Below, one piece after another: positions 1-10,017 of a stretch of 59,596 nucleotides of DNA. The notes under the pieces were generated by a model that was given only the letters and a program-made list of their open reading frames with translations, ran no database searches and was not told the DNA's origin. The position numbers were made by a program, and so were the translations under genes. The DNA comes from a virus (Duplodnaviria > Caudoviricetes): IMG/VR virus record IMGVR_UViG_3300037296_000151, positions 1 to 59,596 of that record. One strand, 5' to 3'. The number at the start of each line of letters is the position of its first letter. Position 1 is the first letter of the stretch.

Positions 1-229
1 TGGCAACGTCGCCGCAGCCCGCGCCCTGTTTATGGGTCGTCAGGCCGGTGTCTGCGCCTATGGCACCACCAAGGGCCAGCGGTTCATGTGGAAGGAAGAA
101 GTGGAAGACTACGGCAACGAACCAACCGTTGTCGCGGGCACCATTGTCGGCGTCAAGAAGACCCGCTTCCGCAACAAGGACTTCGGCGTGATGTCGATCG
201 ACACCGCCGCCAAGAAGCCCGGCACCTAA
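1..229. repeat. Terminal direct repeat, left copy (3' end of the major capsid gene)
   Basis: Matches 59368-59596 except GT at 101-102 versus AC at 59468-59469; implies a circular unit of 59,367 bp. Confidence 0.97.
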
Positions 230-235
230 CGCTTG

Positions 236-262
236 ATCGACCCCCTCGCGGGGGTCGGTTTC
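236..262 (+). terminator. Stem-loop after the capsid stop codon (weak terminator or stabiliser)
   Basis: ATCGACCCCC-TCGC-GGGGGTCGGT followed by a short T run. Confidence 0.6.
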
Positions 263-296
263 GCATAGGCACCCATCAGAGCAAGGAACCGAAAAG

Positions 297-734
297 ATGC
301 TCCACCAGACCAAAACCGCCAAAGGGCTCAACACTCCCCCTGTTCCGTACCAAGCCGGGCAGGAAATGGTTGCGACCTTTGAACACACGTTCAACGACGC
401 TTTCACCACGGCAACCGACAAGATCGAGCTTGGCGTGCTGCCGGGCGGCGCGATCCTCACCGGCGCGACCGTCATTGGTGAAGGGCTTGGCGTGGCCACC
501 GCCAACGTCGGCTTTATGTCGGGTGAGCCCGGCGACAAGGACGACACACGCACCGTTGGCACCGAGTTTTTCTCGGCCCAGAGCGTAAACGATACCGAGC
601 AGGCAATGACCGCAGCAGCGGCCAAAGGCATCGCGCCCGACAATGCCCACCGTGGCATCGGCGCGACCGTCTCGGCAGACGTTGCCGCCAGTGCAGCCAA
701 AAAGCTGACGCTGGTGATCCGCTACACCTACTGA
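297..734 (+). CDS. Virion protein after the capsid gene (possible decoration protein), 145 aa
   Basis: AAGGA SD; Ala/Gly/Thr-rich sequence; position. Confidence 0.7.
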   Translation: MLHQTKTAKGLNTPPVPYQAGQEMVATFEHTFNDAFTTATDKIELGVLPGGAILTGATVIGEGLGVATANVGFMSGEPGDKDDTRTVGTEFFSAQSVNDTEQAMTAAAAKGIAPDNAHRGIGATVSADVAASAAKKLTLVIRYTY

Positions 735-841
735 GCAGCGCAGTAGGCTAGTGCGGGGCGGTTTTTTCCTCCCTTGGTTTCCGCCCCGCACGACCATCAC
801 GACCCTAGGCAATCCCCACCTCGGAAAAGGAACACCCCCCA

Positions 842-1333
842 ATGGACATCGTATCGAAGATCGAGCGCAAGAACGGCACCACCGTCACCTTTGGCAGCGA
901 CACCTACCACTTCAAACCGAAGCAGGAAGGCGGCAAGCACATCGCGGCTGTTGAGAACGAGACGCACATCAAGCGCCTTCTCAGCATCCCCGAAGGCTTT
1001 GAGCCACTGGACCCAGACGAGGCCCGCGACCTGATTGGCGCAGAGGCCGCGCTTGAGAACAACATCGAGCCCGAAGGCAACGCCGACAAAGACCACGGCG
1101 ACGACGAGCGCACCCCAGAGCAGAAGCTCGAAGACAACATCGAGCCGACCGGCACCGACGAGAACACCGGCACCGACGAAGGCACTGCGCCCGAAGGTGG
1201 CGACGACCTCGACGGGCTGGACGATGCCGCAATGCGCGTGGCCTACGAAGACCAGTTCGACAAGAAGCCGCAGGCCAACATGAAACCCGAAACCATGGCC
1301 AAGCGCATCCGAGAAGCCCGCGCCGCCAAGTAA
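842..1333 (+). CDS. Hypothetical protein with acidic linker, 163 aa
   Basis: AAGGA SD; ORF track; head-module position. Confidence 0.75.
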   Translation: MDIVSKIERKNGTTVTFGSDTYHFKPKQEGGKHIAAVENETHIKRLLSIPEGFEPLDPDEARDLIGAEAALENNIEPEGNADKDHGDDERTPEQKLEDNIEPTGTDENTGTDEGTAPEGGDDLDGLDDAAMRVAYEDQFDKKPQANMKPETMAKRIREARAAK

Positions 1334-1359
1334 ACCAACCCACCTGAAAGGAGCCAGCC

Positions 1360-2073
1360 ATGGCCTTCACAGCAAAAGATGTCATGCTCCGCGCCACCAC
1401 CGTCTTGCAGGACGCTGGGGCCGTGCGCTGGCCCGCCACAGAGCTTTTGCTCTGGCTGAACGACGCAGTGCGTGAGCTCGCGCTGCACAAACCGAACGCC
1501 GTGGCCGAAACCGCAGAGCTTAGCCTCGCGCAAGGCACATGGCAGAGCCTTCCAGCCGAGTATATCTCGCTCATTCGCGTGAGCCGGAACCTGACCAACG
1601 TGGCCGCCGATGTCGGTGGGCGCACAGGCGGTAAGGCGATCACCCCGATTGTGCGCGAAATCCTCGACGCACAGATGCCCGGCTGGCAAGATCTGACCGT
1701 GCTGCCTGCATCGCCCAACGTGACGCACATCATCCAAGACATGATGGACCCGCGCAGTTTCTATGTGGTCCCGGCTAACGATGGCACAGGCATCATCGAG
1801 GCGATTGTCTCCAAGATGCCCGCCGACATCGTGCAGCCCACCAACCCGCTCGACATCGACAGCTACACCGCGACCGTCGATCTGCCCGACATCTACCGCA
1901 ATGCGCTGGTGGACTTTGTGCTCTATCGCGCCTTCTCCAAGGACATGAACCTTGCAGGCAACGCACAGCGCGCCGGAGCCCACTACCAGCAGTTCGCGCA
2001 GGCCATCGGCATGAAGACCCAGACCGAGCAGGTTACGACCGTCAACACCACCGGCTCGCAGCCCAACAGCTAA
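1360..2073 (+). CDS. Head-tail adaptor-like protein (DUF6682-like), 237 aa
   Basis: AGGAG SD; RWPATELLLWLNDA and LVDFVLYRAFSKD motifs typical of this phage family. Confidence 0.7.
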   Translation: MAFTAKDVMLRATTVLQDAGAVRWPATELLLWLNDAVRELALHKPNAVAETAELSLAQGTWQSLPAEYISLIRVSRNLTNVAADVGGRTGGKAITPIVREILDAQMPGWQDLTVLPASPNVTHIIQDMMDPRSFYVVPANDGTGIIEAIVSKMPADIVQPTNPLDIDSYTATVDLPDIYRNALVDFVLYRAFSKDMNLAGNAQRAGAHYQQFAQAIGMKTQTEQVTTVNTTGSQPNS

Positions 2074-2088
2074 TAAGGGAGAGGCGAC

Positions 2089-2760
2089 ATGGCTCTTCCA
2101 ACCCGCCCGCTCAAAGACTTCCTGCCCATGGTGCTTCCCGAAGTGCCATACTGCCCGCGCCCGGTCGCGGAGCTTTACTTGCGGCTGGCGGCCATCGAGT
2201 TCTGCGAGCGTACCCGGTGCTGGCGCCATGTCACCACACAGGACGTTGCCGGGCAGGACGGGGCCATTGTCGCGCCTGACTACGCGACCATCCACGAAAT
2301 CGAGACAGCAGAGTGGGACGGGCAGATCGAGCTTTGCCCGACGCAGTTCTCAGAGATTGATACTGACGCCTACGGGGCCGAGGACGGGGCCGCAGGGCCG
2401 CCGCGCTACATCACGCAGGTTGCCGCCAACCAGATTGCAGTCGTGCCCTTTGCCACTGGCTCTCTGCGCCTCTCGCTCTTCCTCAAGCCGCGCTCTGGCT
2501 CCGAGTTTGGCGGCGACCCAAACGACCCCTTGCAGGACAAATACAACGTCGTGCCTGAGTTTATGTTCATCCAGCACGCCGATCACATCGCATCGGGCGC
2601 ACTGGCGCGGATTATGAACCTGCCGGATCAGACCTACACCAATCCGCAGATGGCACAGCAACACCTCGCTCGCTTCGAGCGCGCCTGCGACCGCAAATTT
2701 TCATCCAACATGAGAGGCCAGCATCGCGCCAAGCGCCGCACCAAAGCGCACCCGTTCTGA
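2089..2760 (+). CDS. Virion structural protein (second adaptor-like), 223 aa
   Basis: SD; LRLAAIEFCERTRCWR motif; synteny. Confidence 0.65.
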   Translation: MALPTRPLKDFLPMVLPEVPYCPRPVAELYLRLAAIEFCERTRCWRHVTTQDVAGQDGAIVAPDYATIHEIETAEWDGQIELCPTQFSEIDTDAYGAEDGAAGPPRYITQVAANQIAVVPFATGSLRLSLFLKPRSGSEFGGDPNDPLQDKYNVVPEFMFIQHADHIASGALARIMNLPDQTYTNPQMAQQHLARFERACDRKFSSNMRGQHRAKRRTKAHPF

Positions 2761-2791
2761 CCCCTCCCACCAACCAACGGAGCCGCCCGCG

Positions 2792-4372
2792 ATGCTGCAA
2801 CTACTCGACTTCAAGGGGGAAATCCCTCGCCGCCATCCCCGGCTCTTGCCCAAGGGGTTCGCGCAGCGGGCCGTGAACACACGGCTTGAAGATGGCTGCA
2901 TCGGTCCCGTCAAAGACCCGCTGTTTATCTCTGCCACCCCTGCGACAACCCGCTCGATGTACCTCGATGGCACGTCTTGGCTGACGTGGACGACCGACGT
3001 GGACGCCGTGCCCGGCCCGGTGGCGACAGATCGGCTCTACATCACCGGCGACGGTGCGCCTAAAATGCGCGTGGGCGAGCAGACCTATAACCTCGCCTTG
3101 CCGGGCCCGGTCAACGCGCCGACCGCCACGGCACTGCAAGCGGCTGACCCCGAAGAGTTTGAAGAGGTGTTCTACGTCTATACTTGGGTAACTGAGTGGG
3201 ACGAAGAAAGCCCGCCTTCGCCGCCGACCGACATCGTTCAGTATTCCGATGGCGTGGTGGTGCGCATCGACAGCCTCGACACACCGCCCGCCGGGCGCAT
3301 GGTGGACCGCGTGCGCTTCTACCGCTCGCAGACATCGGCCATGGGCAACACCTCGCTCTACTATGTGCATGAAATGCCCGTCGCCAACACCAGCTTCGAC
3401 CACGATCTATCGCTGGCGGAAATGGCCGAGCCGCTGCCCTCCAACGACTATGACACCCCGCCTGCCAGCATGAAGGGGCTTATCTCCCTGCCTAATGGCA
3501 TTATGGCCGCTTTCGACGGTAAGGAATTGCTGTTTTCTGAGCCCTACCGCCCCCATGCGTGGCCGGAAAAGTACCGCCTGTTTTCCGACTACCAGATCGT
3601 CGCACTGGCCGCCTTTGGCCCTTACATCGCCGTGCTGACCACCGGGACGCCCTATCTGGTGCAGGGCACGCACCCCGACAGCATGTCGATGCAGAAGATT
3701 GAAGAGCAGCTTCCCTGCCTCTCCAAAGCCGGAGCGATCGACGTAGGCTATGCCGTGGTTTACCCGTCCACAGAGGGGCTTGTGGTGCTGCAAAGCGGCG
3801 GCCCGCAGGTGATTAGCAAGTCGCTCTTCACCCGCTCCGAGTGGACCGCCTTGCGGCCTGAAACCTTCATCGCGGGCGCGTACTCTGGCCGCTATGTGTT
3901 CTCCTGCGATGGCGTCCTGCCGGGGGGGGCAGAAAAGACCGGAGTAATCGACCTGTCAGGCGAAATGCCGTTCTTGATCCGGTCGGACATCGACGCCGTT
4001 GCCATGTTCACCGACTTCCGCAGCGGCAAGCTCTATTGGGCCGACAGCGGCGGCGCTGGCATCCTTGCGTGGGATGAAGCCGACCAGACCAGCTACGCCA
4101 CTGCCATCTGGCGCACGGCCCTACTGGATCTTCCCGCGCCTTCCAACTTCGCCGCCATCTTGATCGAGGCCGACGACGTAGGCACGCCGCCAAGCTTCAC
4201 AGCCCGCATCTATGCCGATGGCATCCTGCGCCACACGATCACCACCTACAACGCGCCACAGCGTCTCCCTAGCGGGTTTCTAGCCGACCGTTGGGAGATT
4301 GAGGTCGAGGGCAATGTCTCCGTATCCTCCATCGCGCTTGGTGGCTCCTTCGAAGACTTGCAGAGGTTCTAA
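2792..4372 (+). CDS. Tail nozzle / stabilisation protein (beta-propeller-like), 526 aa
   Basis: LLFSEPYRPHAWP and YVYTWVTEWDEES motifs; podovirus synteny. Confidence 0.7.
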   Translation: MLQLLDFKGEIPRRHPRLLPKGFAQRAVNTRLEDGCIGPVKDPLFISATPATTRSMYLDGTSWLTWTTDVDAVPGPVATDRLYITGDGAPKMRVGEQTYNLALPGPVNAPTATALQAADPEEFEEVFYVYTWVTEWDEESPPSPPTDIVQYSDGVVVRIDSLDTPPAGRMVDRVRFYRSQTSAMGNTSLYYVHEMPVANTSFDHDLSLAEMAEPLPSNDYDTPPASMKGLISLPNGIMAAFDGKELLFSEPYRPHAWPEKYRLFSDYQIVALAAFGPYIAVLTTGTPYLVQGTHPDSMSMQKIEEQLPCLSKAGAIDVGYAVVYPSTEGLVVLQSGGPQVISKSLFTRSEWTALRPETFIAGAYSGRYVFSCDGVLPGGAEKTGVIDLSGEMPFLIRSDIDAVAMFTDFRSGKLYWADSGGAGILAWDEADQTSYATAIWRTALLDLPAPSNFAAILIEADDVGTPPSFTARIYADGILRHTITTYNAPQRLPSGFLADRWEIEVEGNVSVSSIALGGSFEDLQRF

Positions 4373-4375
4373 GCT

Positions 4376-7300
4376 ATGGCGCGACGCCCCAACCCCCCAA
4401 AGAGCATGGCAGGCGCTTTCGACAACCGGTTGAAGGAAGCTCTTGAGGTGCTGGCTGGCTTTCGCGGGAAAGCCGGGGATGCCGCGGTGCGCCGCAAAGA
4501 CCTCGTTAGGTATGACAACGTAATCGAGAAGAAAAACCAGATCGTCCTTGAGAAGCTGGACGATACGGAAACCGAGCTTACCAACCAATACACAGGCATC
4601 AACGCCGAGCTTGCGGATACGGTTAATAAGCTGGCGCAGGCGCGCATCGACATCGACCAAGCCATGGCAGACCTCGACGCCACTGAGATTGAAGTCGCAC
4701 AGGCGCGCGCCGACATCGTGGCCGCCGATGCTCTGGCGACAGGGGTGCGCAACGACCATGACGCGCTCACTGCCTCATTCTCCGGCACGCTGACCGACGC
4801 TTTCGAGGCCCGCGACACGCTTATCACCGAAGCGCGTGAACGGATCGGGCTGGCCGAGCACACAATCGCCGCCCAGGTGCCTGTAATGCGCTCGGTCGAA
4901 GACGCCATCGACACCATTTCGCAGAGCGTGGCGCGGCTGAATACCGTGCAACACGACATTGCCGGACGCATCGCTGACGCAGGTATCTATGTCGATGAAG
5001 CCGATGGCACCGTGCATATCTATGCGGTCGATCAGGTGGCCGGGCGCACCAGCGATGCTGAAATCCGCCTCGATGCCGCCGAAGCAAACATCAACCTGCG
5101 CGCCACCTACACCTATGTTGACGACCAGATTGCCACAGCCGTTATTGACCCGTCGCAAATCCCGATTTTTGACGACCTTCTGGCCCGCATCAACACAGTT
5201 GAAGTGGACCTCGACGCCGCAGAGGCCGCCATCACGCTCAAAGCGGATAGCACCACCCTCGATGGCTATGACGTGCGTCTCAGCGAAGCAGAGATTGATA
5301 TTGACGGGTTGCAGGGTGAGATTGCCCTGAAGGTGGATCGCACCGAGTTTGACGACGCCGAAACCCGCCTGACCTCTGCCGAGCAAACCCTCTCGAACAT
5401 CGACGGGGCCAGCATCAGCCAGAACGTCATGGACGTGCGAGAGCATGGCCGCAGGCTGGATCGAGACGAACTTCAAACCCTCGAAGACCTCCTTACTTTC
5501 TACGAAAACCGCGAAGTGCTGCGCCGTGAATTGGCCTTTGTCACGCAGGATATTCATGCCCGCGTGACCGAAGAGGGCGAGGCCATCGCCACGCAGACAA
5601 GCAGCTTGGGCGCGCAGATTGACAACGCAAACGCTCTTATCACCAATGAGCAGGCCGTGCGCGCGGCGGCAGATGAAGCCATGGCGCTCGACATCACCAC
5701 CCTGCAAGCCGATGTGGGCAACTTCTCAGCCACTCTGAGCCAAGAATACTACACGATCAGCCAAGCGGATCAGGCCATTTCCAGTGCCATTTCCTCTTTC
5801 GAGACTGAGTTCCGCGACCCTGCAACCGGGCAGATCAGGGCCACGGCGCTGACGCAGTATTACACGAAGACCGGCACCGACGACGCTATCTCGGCGGTTG
5901 AAACCACCTTGAGCGGGGAAATTCAGCGGGTTGAGGACAATTCGCAAGCCGGGCACTTCCAGCACCTACTCGACGCGACTGAGGCCGTAACGGTCGGGGC
6001 CGCTGTGACCGTCTCCGAGGCCGCTGGCGCTTTCGGGCAGGATGCCACCTTGATCGTGCGCGAAGGCGGTACAGCGCGCACCACAAATGGCGCGACCAAC
6101 GGGGCAAACTTCCGTCTGCCGGAGGCGCTGCGCACGCATCTGATGGGGCGGCGCGTCAAAATATCCGTGCTGGCGAAGAAACCCGCCACCAACCCCGCGA
6201 CCAACTTCTCAGTTGCCTACTCGACCAACAGCGAGGGCAACAGCGGCGCGCTATCTCTCGGTCCACTGCAACCCGATTACGCTTGGTATAGCGCGTATTA
6301 TGACCTCCCGTCAGGCGGGGCAGAGACGGACGACTTCATCGGCATCTTTGGCGACGACAGCAAGACCAACAAGGGCGTGCAGATCGCGCGCGTGCTGGTG
6401 GCGCGATCCGCCGAGGCCGAAGAGCTACCGGAAATTAGCAACCTATCTGCCGACATCAGCGATGTGTTGGGGCTTGAAGTGACGCCAACGCACGCTTTCG
6501 GCCAGTGGGTGCAAGACATCGGCGTGAGCGTGGCCGACCCAAACAATCCCGGTCAGACGCTTTCCGCGCGCACCTCCCTTACCGCTTCCGCCGTGGCCGA
6601 CATCGAGGGCAACCTTTCCTCTGTGATCGGGTTCAAGGCGCAAGCAGGCAATTCGGTATCCCTGCTCTCTTTGGTGGCCGCAAGCGATCCCAGCGGGGCA
6701 AGCTATTCTCTCGCCAAGCTCTCTGCCGACAACATCATCCTCGATGGTACCGTGGGCACCGAAAAGCTGGTTGTGGGGCTGGGGCGCAACATGCTCCCTA
6801 ATGCCGACTTCTCAGCGGGGTTGACGCATTGGGCAGTGGATTTGCGCTCTGGATCGGTCGGGACGGACAGCGAGCTTTCAGTGCGCACACCGGGGGAAAG
6901 CTGGGCCGGGCCGAAAACCGCAACCTTGATGATCCGTCAGCCCAGCAACGCAGCTACTGGTTATTTCCGTGCCGGATGCTTGACCGAGGATGCCAATGGC
7001 ACGCTTGGCTATGGCGTCGATGTCGAAGACGAAGAATGGTACGAAATTCAAGCCCGCGTCTCCACGCACCGCTGCACCGGGCGGCTCTTGATGCAGTTCT
7101 ACAGTGATAACGGCTCACTTTTGAGTTCCACGTTCAGCGAATATTTCGCGGTCAATGCTTCCAGCAGCACCAATCCGAACCAATGGCCGCGCTATTGGGT
7201 GAAGGCGCAGGCACCGACCGGCGCGGCCTATATGACCTTCAAGGTGGACAAGCACGGTACGCAAAGCGGCTCTGACAGCTTTCTCTTTTTGCACCATCCG

Positions 7301-8044
7301 CAGGCGGCGCTGACCACGGCCAGCGCCGGGCAGGCGAGCGCATGGTCGCCGGGCACCACCACCGTCATTGATGGCGGTCAAGTGCGCACCAACACGCTCC
7401 ACGGTGACAAGATCATCGGGCGCACGATCACTGGCGATCATATCGCGGGGAACAGCATTACCGCCTTCGAGGCCGACTTCGAGAGCTTGTCGGCGCTTGG
7501 CTTGACCGTAGGCAACGCCGACATCGTGGGCGACATTAAGAGCGACGACTTCGCCGCAGGATCGGCTGGCTGGCGTATCCGTAAGAGTGGCAGTGCAGAG
7601 TTCAACGACATCACCATCAGGCGGCAGTTGGTGCTGGCGCAGGGGTCTTTTGCGCCCGGTGGCACCGCTTCCGAGGGGACTGAATACCGCTGGGTTAACA
7701 CCGGTATCAGGATCGGCAAACATGACGTGTGGCGCGCGTCAGACATCACCCTTTTGGCCACGGCGGCGATCACCTCGGGCGCATCTGGGCCATCCAACAT
7801 AGACCCCAATAACGCCTTTTGGTCTTGTGAGGCGGTGGTTAGCCCCGGCGCGCGCTGGAATGGTTATGTTCCGGGCCAGCCGCAACCAAATATTTCTTAC
7901 CGCCAAGACCCGGCCACGCTGATTACACCCTCTTGGGCCACCGGCACGGATATGCGTGTGTTCCTACGTATCCGCGTCTTTAGTGAGGGCGGCCCCTCCT
8001 TCCCCAACCCGCTCATTCAGTGGAAGGTGTTTCACGTCAGCTAA
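4376..8044 (+). CDS. Long tail fibre / host-specificity protein, 1222 aa
   Basis: Coiled-coil N-half, carbohydrate-binding-like beta domains (NMLPNADFS), GWRIRKSGSAEFNDITIR near the C-terminus. Confidence 0.75.
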   Translation: MARRPNPPKSMAGAFDNRLKEALEVLAGFRGKAGDAAVRRKDLVRYDNVIEKKNQIVLEKLDDTETELTNQYTGINAELADTVNKLAQARIDIDQAMADLDATEIEVAQARADIVAADALATGVRNDHDALTASFSGTLTDAFEARDTLITEARERIGLAEHTIAAQVPVMRSVEDAIDTISQSVARLNTVQHDIAGRIADAGIYVDEADGTVHIYAVDQVAGRTSDAEIRLDAAEANINLRATYTYVDDQIATAVIDPSQIPIFDDLLARINTVEVDLDAAEAAITLKADSTTLDGYDVRLSEAEIDIDGLQGEIALKVDRTEFDDAETRLTSAEQTLSNIDGASISQNVMDVREHGRRLDRDELQTLEDLLTFYENREVLRRELAFVTQDIHARVTEEGEAIATQTSSLGAQIDNANALITNEQAVRAAADEAMALDITTLQADVGNFSATLSQEYYTISQADQAISSAISSFETEFRDPATGQIRATALTQYYTKTGTDDAISAVETTLSGEIQRVEDNSQAGHFQHLLDATEAVTVGAAVTVSEAAGAFGQDATLIVREGGTARTTNGATNGANFRLPEALRTHLMGRRVKISVLAKKPATNPATNFSVAYSTNSEGNSGALSLGPLQPDYAWYSAYYDLPSGGAETDDFIGIFGDDSKTNKGVQIARVLVARSAEAEELPEISNLSADISDVLGLEVTPTHAFGQWVQDIGVSVADPNNPGQTLSARTSLTASAVADIEGNLSSVIGFKAQAGNSVSLLSLVAASDPSGASYSLAKLSADNIILDGTVGTEKLVVGLGRNMLPNADFSAGLTHWAVDLRSGSVGTDSELSVRTPGESWAGPKTATLMIRQPSNAATGYFRAGCLTEDANGTLGYGVDVEDEEWYEIQARVSTHRCTGRLLMQFYSDNGSLLSSTFSEYFAVNASSSTNPNQWPRYWVKAQAPTGAAYMTFKVDKHGTQSGSDSFLFLHHPQAALTTASAGQASAWSPGTTTVIDGGQVRTNTLHGDKIIGRTITGDHIAGNSITAFEADFESLSALGLTVGNADIVGDIKSDDFAAGSAGWRIRKSGSAEFNDITIRRQLVLAQGSFAPGGTASEGTEYRWVNTGIRIGKHDVWRASDITLLATAAITSGASGPSNIDPNNAFWSCEAVVSPGARWNGYVPGQPQPNISYRQDPATLITPSWATGTDMRVFLRIRVFSEGGPSFPNPLIQWKVFHVS

Positions 8045-8086
8045 TTTCGGGTGGCGCGGCGGTAGCTTCCCAGCGGCCACTACATA

Positions 8087-8139
8087 TGGTATTAAGAGGA
8101 AACCTTCGCGCATGATGTGCGGTTTTCGGCAGGACGCCG
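8087..8139 (+). promoter_or_regulatory. Extended -10 plus two CsrA-type hairpins upstream of the tail fibre gene
   Basis: TGgTATTAA at 8087; TCGCGC-ATGAT-GTGCGG 8106-8122; CGGC-AGGAC-GCCG 8127-8139. Confidence 0.7.
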
Positions 8140-8169
8140 GATCTTCAACATCACCGCAGGGGCTCCTTC

Positions 8170-9642
8170 ATGGCATGGTATGGCACTGGCACGGTCAACG
8201 TCACAAACGGCTCCACCGCCGTTACCGGGACAGGGACCGAATTTATCTCTGGCTTGCAGGCTGGATGGGGCTTTGTCGGCCCCGATGGGCGAACCTATGA
8301 GATTGCCTCGATCCAGAGTGCAACCGGCCTCACGCTCTCCGCCCCCTACCTCGGATCGACACAGACCGGACAAGACTACGCGGCCTTTCCAACGCAAAGC
8401 CTCGCAGCCGACCTGACAGCCGCGATCAACACGCTGATTTCAGACTTCCAAGGCGTCAAAGATGGCGCTGGATCAGGCAAGTTTGGTAACGGCACCGCCG
8501 CCGCACCCGGCATGGCCTTTCTGGCAGATCAAGACACCGGCTTTTCCCGCCCGGCGGCAAACCAACTCGCCACGTCAACAGGCGGGGTGCGGCGCTTGCT
8601 GCTGTCAAGTTCTGCCTATCAGGTCGATGTGCCGATCACCGGCACGGCGGTTCAAGCCAGCGCCACCGATACCACAGTGGGGCGGCTTATGGCCGTGGGT
8701 GCTTTTGGCTTGGGGGCTGACGCTCTGCCGCAGGTCTCAGACCTTAATGGCATTAACGTCTCTGGTCTCTATCGTATTCTTGTGGCTAATGCCGCCGCTG
8801 GCAATGCACCCACAAACCATAACTATGTGGTACTGCACGCCTCATATGACACCAACAACGAAACCCAAATGGCGCAGCGTATTGCCATTGCTGACCCCGA
8901 GGTGTGGTTTCGTGTCAGAAACGCCACAGGCTGGCAACCGTGGGAGCGGGTACTGACCAGTGCTGAGGTTCAATCCAGCGCGACGGATACCACGGAGGGG
9001 AAATTGCTTACTGTCGGCGCTTTTGGGCTTGGGCAGAAAGCGACTACACCCGAAATACCGTCTTTCAGTGCCGCAGACACGCCTGCAGGCCGGTATCACT
9101 ATGTTCCGACTTCTGTAGGAGTGGCTGACGCACCGGCCGCAGCTTCAGGCAACGGGATGATTGTGGTTGACCGAGCGTTTGCCAATTCGCTGCGTCAGAC
9201 ACTTACCGAGAATAACGGGGGGTCAATCGGTGGCGCTACTTGGTCACGGACCTATAATGGGACCGGCGGTTGGTCACCGTGGCGCAAACACTATGACAGC
9301 CGAAATATTATCGGCACTGTCTCGCAATCGGCAGGCGTCCCAAGCGGCGCGGTGATTGAGCGCGGCAGCAACGCCAACGGGGAATATGTGCGGTTTGCGG
9401 ATGGGACGCAAATTTGCACACATCAAGTGAGTGCCGACGCTGCTGCGGAAGTGGCTTGGACTTTCCCAGCGGCTTTTTCGGCTACACCTTCTGTTTTGGG
9501 CACCCCGAATGTCGGGGGTCTAGCCCGTTATGCGACCATAGGATCACTTTTTTCCTCATCTGTTAAGCTATGGGCGTGGAATGGCAGTGGGGTTCGGGCA
9601 AATTCCGCTGTGCTTATGACTGCCATTGGCCGCTGGTTCTAA
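8170..9642 (+). CDS. Tail fibre with two pyocin-knob-like modules, 490 aa
   Basis: N-terminal WYGTGTVNVTNGSTAVTGTGT; repeated DTTxGxLxxVGAFGLG; GSNANGEYVRFADGTQIC C-terminus. Confidence 0.88.
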   Translation: MAWYGTGTVNVTNGSTAVTGTGTEFISGLQAGWGFVGPDGRTYEIASIQSATGLTLSAPYLGSTQTGQDYAAFPTQSLAADLTAAINTLISDFQGVKDGAGSGKFGNGTAAAPGMAFLADQDTGFSRPAANQLATSTGGVRRLLLSSSAYQVDVPITGTAVQASATDTTVGRLMAVGAFGLGADALPQVSDLNGINVSGLYRILVANAAAGNAPTNHNYVVLHASYDTNNETQMAQRIAIADPEVWFRVRNATGWQPWERVLTSAEVQSSATDTTEGKLLTVGAFGLGQKATTPEIPSFSAADTPAGRYHYVPTSVGVADAPAAASGNGMIVVDRAFANSLRQTLTENNGGSIGGATWSRTYNGTGGWSPWRKHYDSRNIIGTVSQSAGVPSGAVIERGSNANGEYVRFADGTQICTHQVSADAAAEVAWTFPAAFSATPSVLGTPNVGGLARYATIGSLFSSSVKLWAWNGSGVRANSAVLMTAIGRWF

Positions 9643-9654
9643 AGGAGAACACAC

Positions 9655-10017
9655 ATGAAAATTACGTTGCACATGCAAGCCGGGTTGCCCGGTGATCCTG
9701 AAACAACTGCAAGCGTTGCGGGCGATATTCTGACCGTCGACGGGGTGGACTATGACCTGTCGCCGGTGCCGGAGGGCGGGCAAGCCGTGCCGGAAGGGGA
9801 AAGCCCCTTTGTCGGGGCGATCACACGCACCAATGGCGAAGTCGTTTGCGAAATGCTCTGGCGCTATGACGGAGCCACAGCGGAGCCAGAACAGGCATAT
9901 GAAATCCCGGTCGTGACTGTGACCAACGGTGATGTGCCTGACCCGGTGACGCGCAAGCCGGAGCCAGAACCAGAGCCGGAGCCAGAAGGGCCGCCCGTAG
10001 AAGGAGAACCCGCGTGA
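9655..10017 (+). CDS. Tail-fibre-associated protein, 120 aa
   Basis: AAGGAG SD; GDILTVDGVDYDLS motif; follows the fibre gene. Confidence 0.7.
   Translation: MKITLHMQAGLPGDPETTASVAGDILTVDGVDYDLSPVPEGGQAVPEGESPFVGAITRTNGEVVCEMLWRYDGATAEPEQAYEIPVVTVTNGDVPDPVTRKPEPEPEPEPEGPPVEGEPA

Noticed and set aside
4376-9642. Diversity-generating retroelement acting on tail fibres
   Set aside because: No reverse transcriptase and no template/variable repeat pair with adenine-specific differences was seen.
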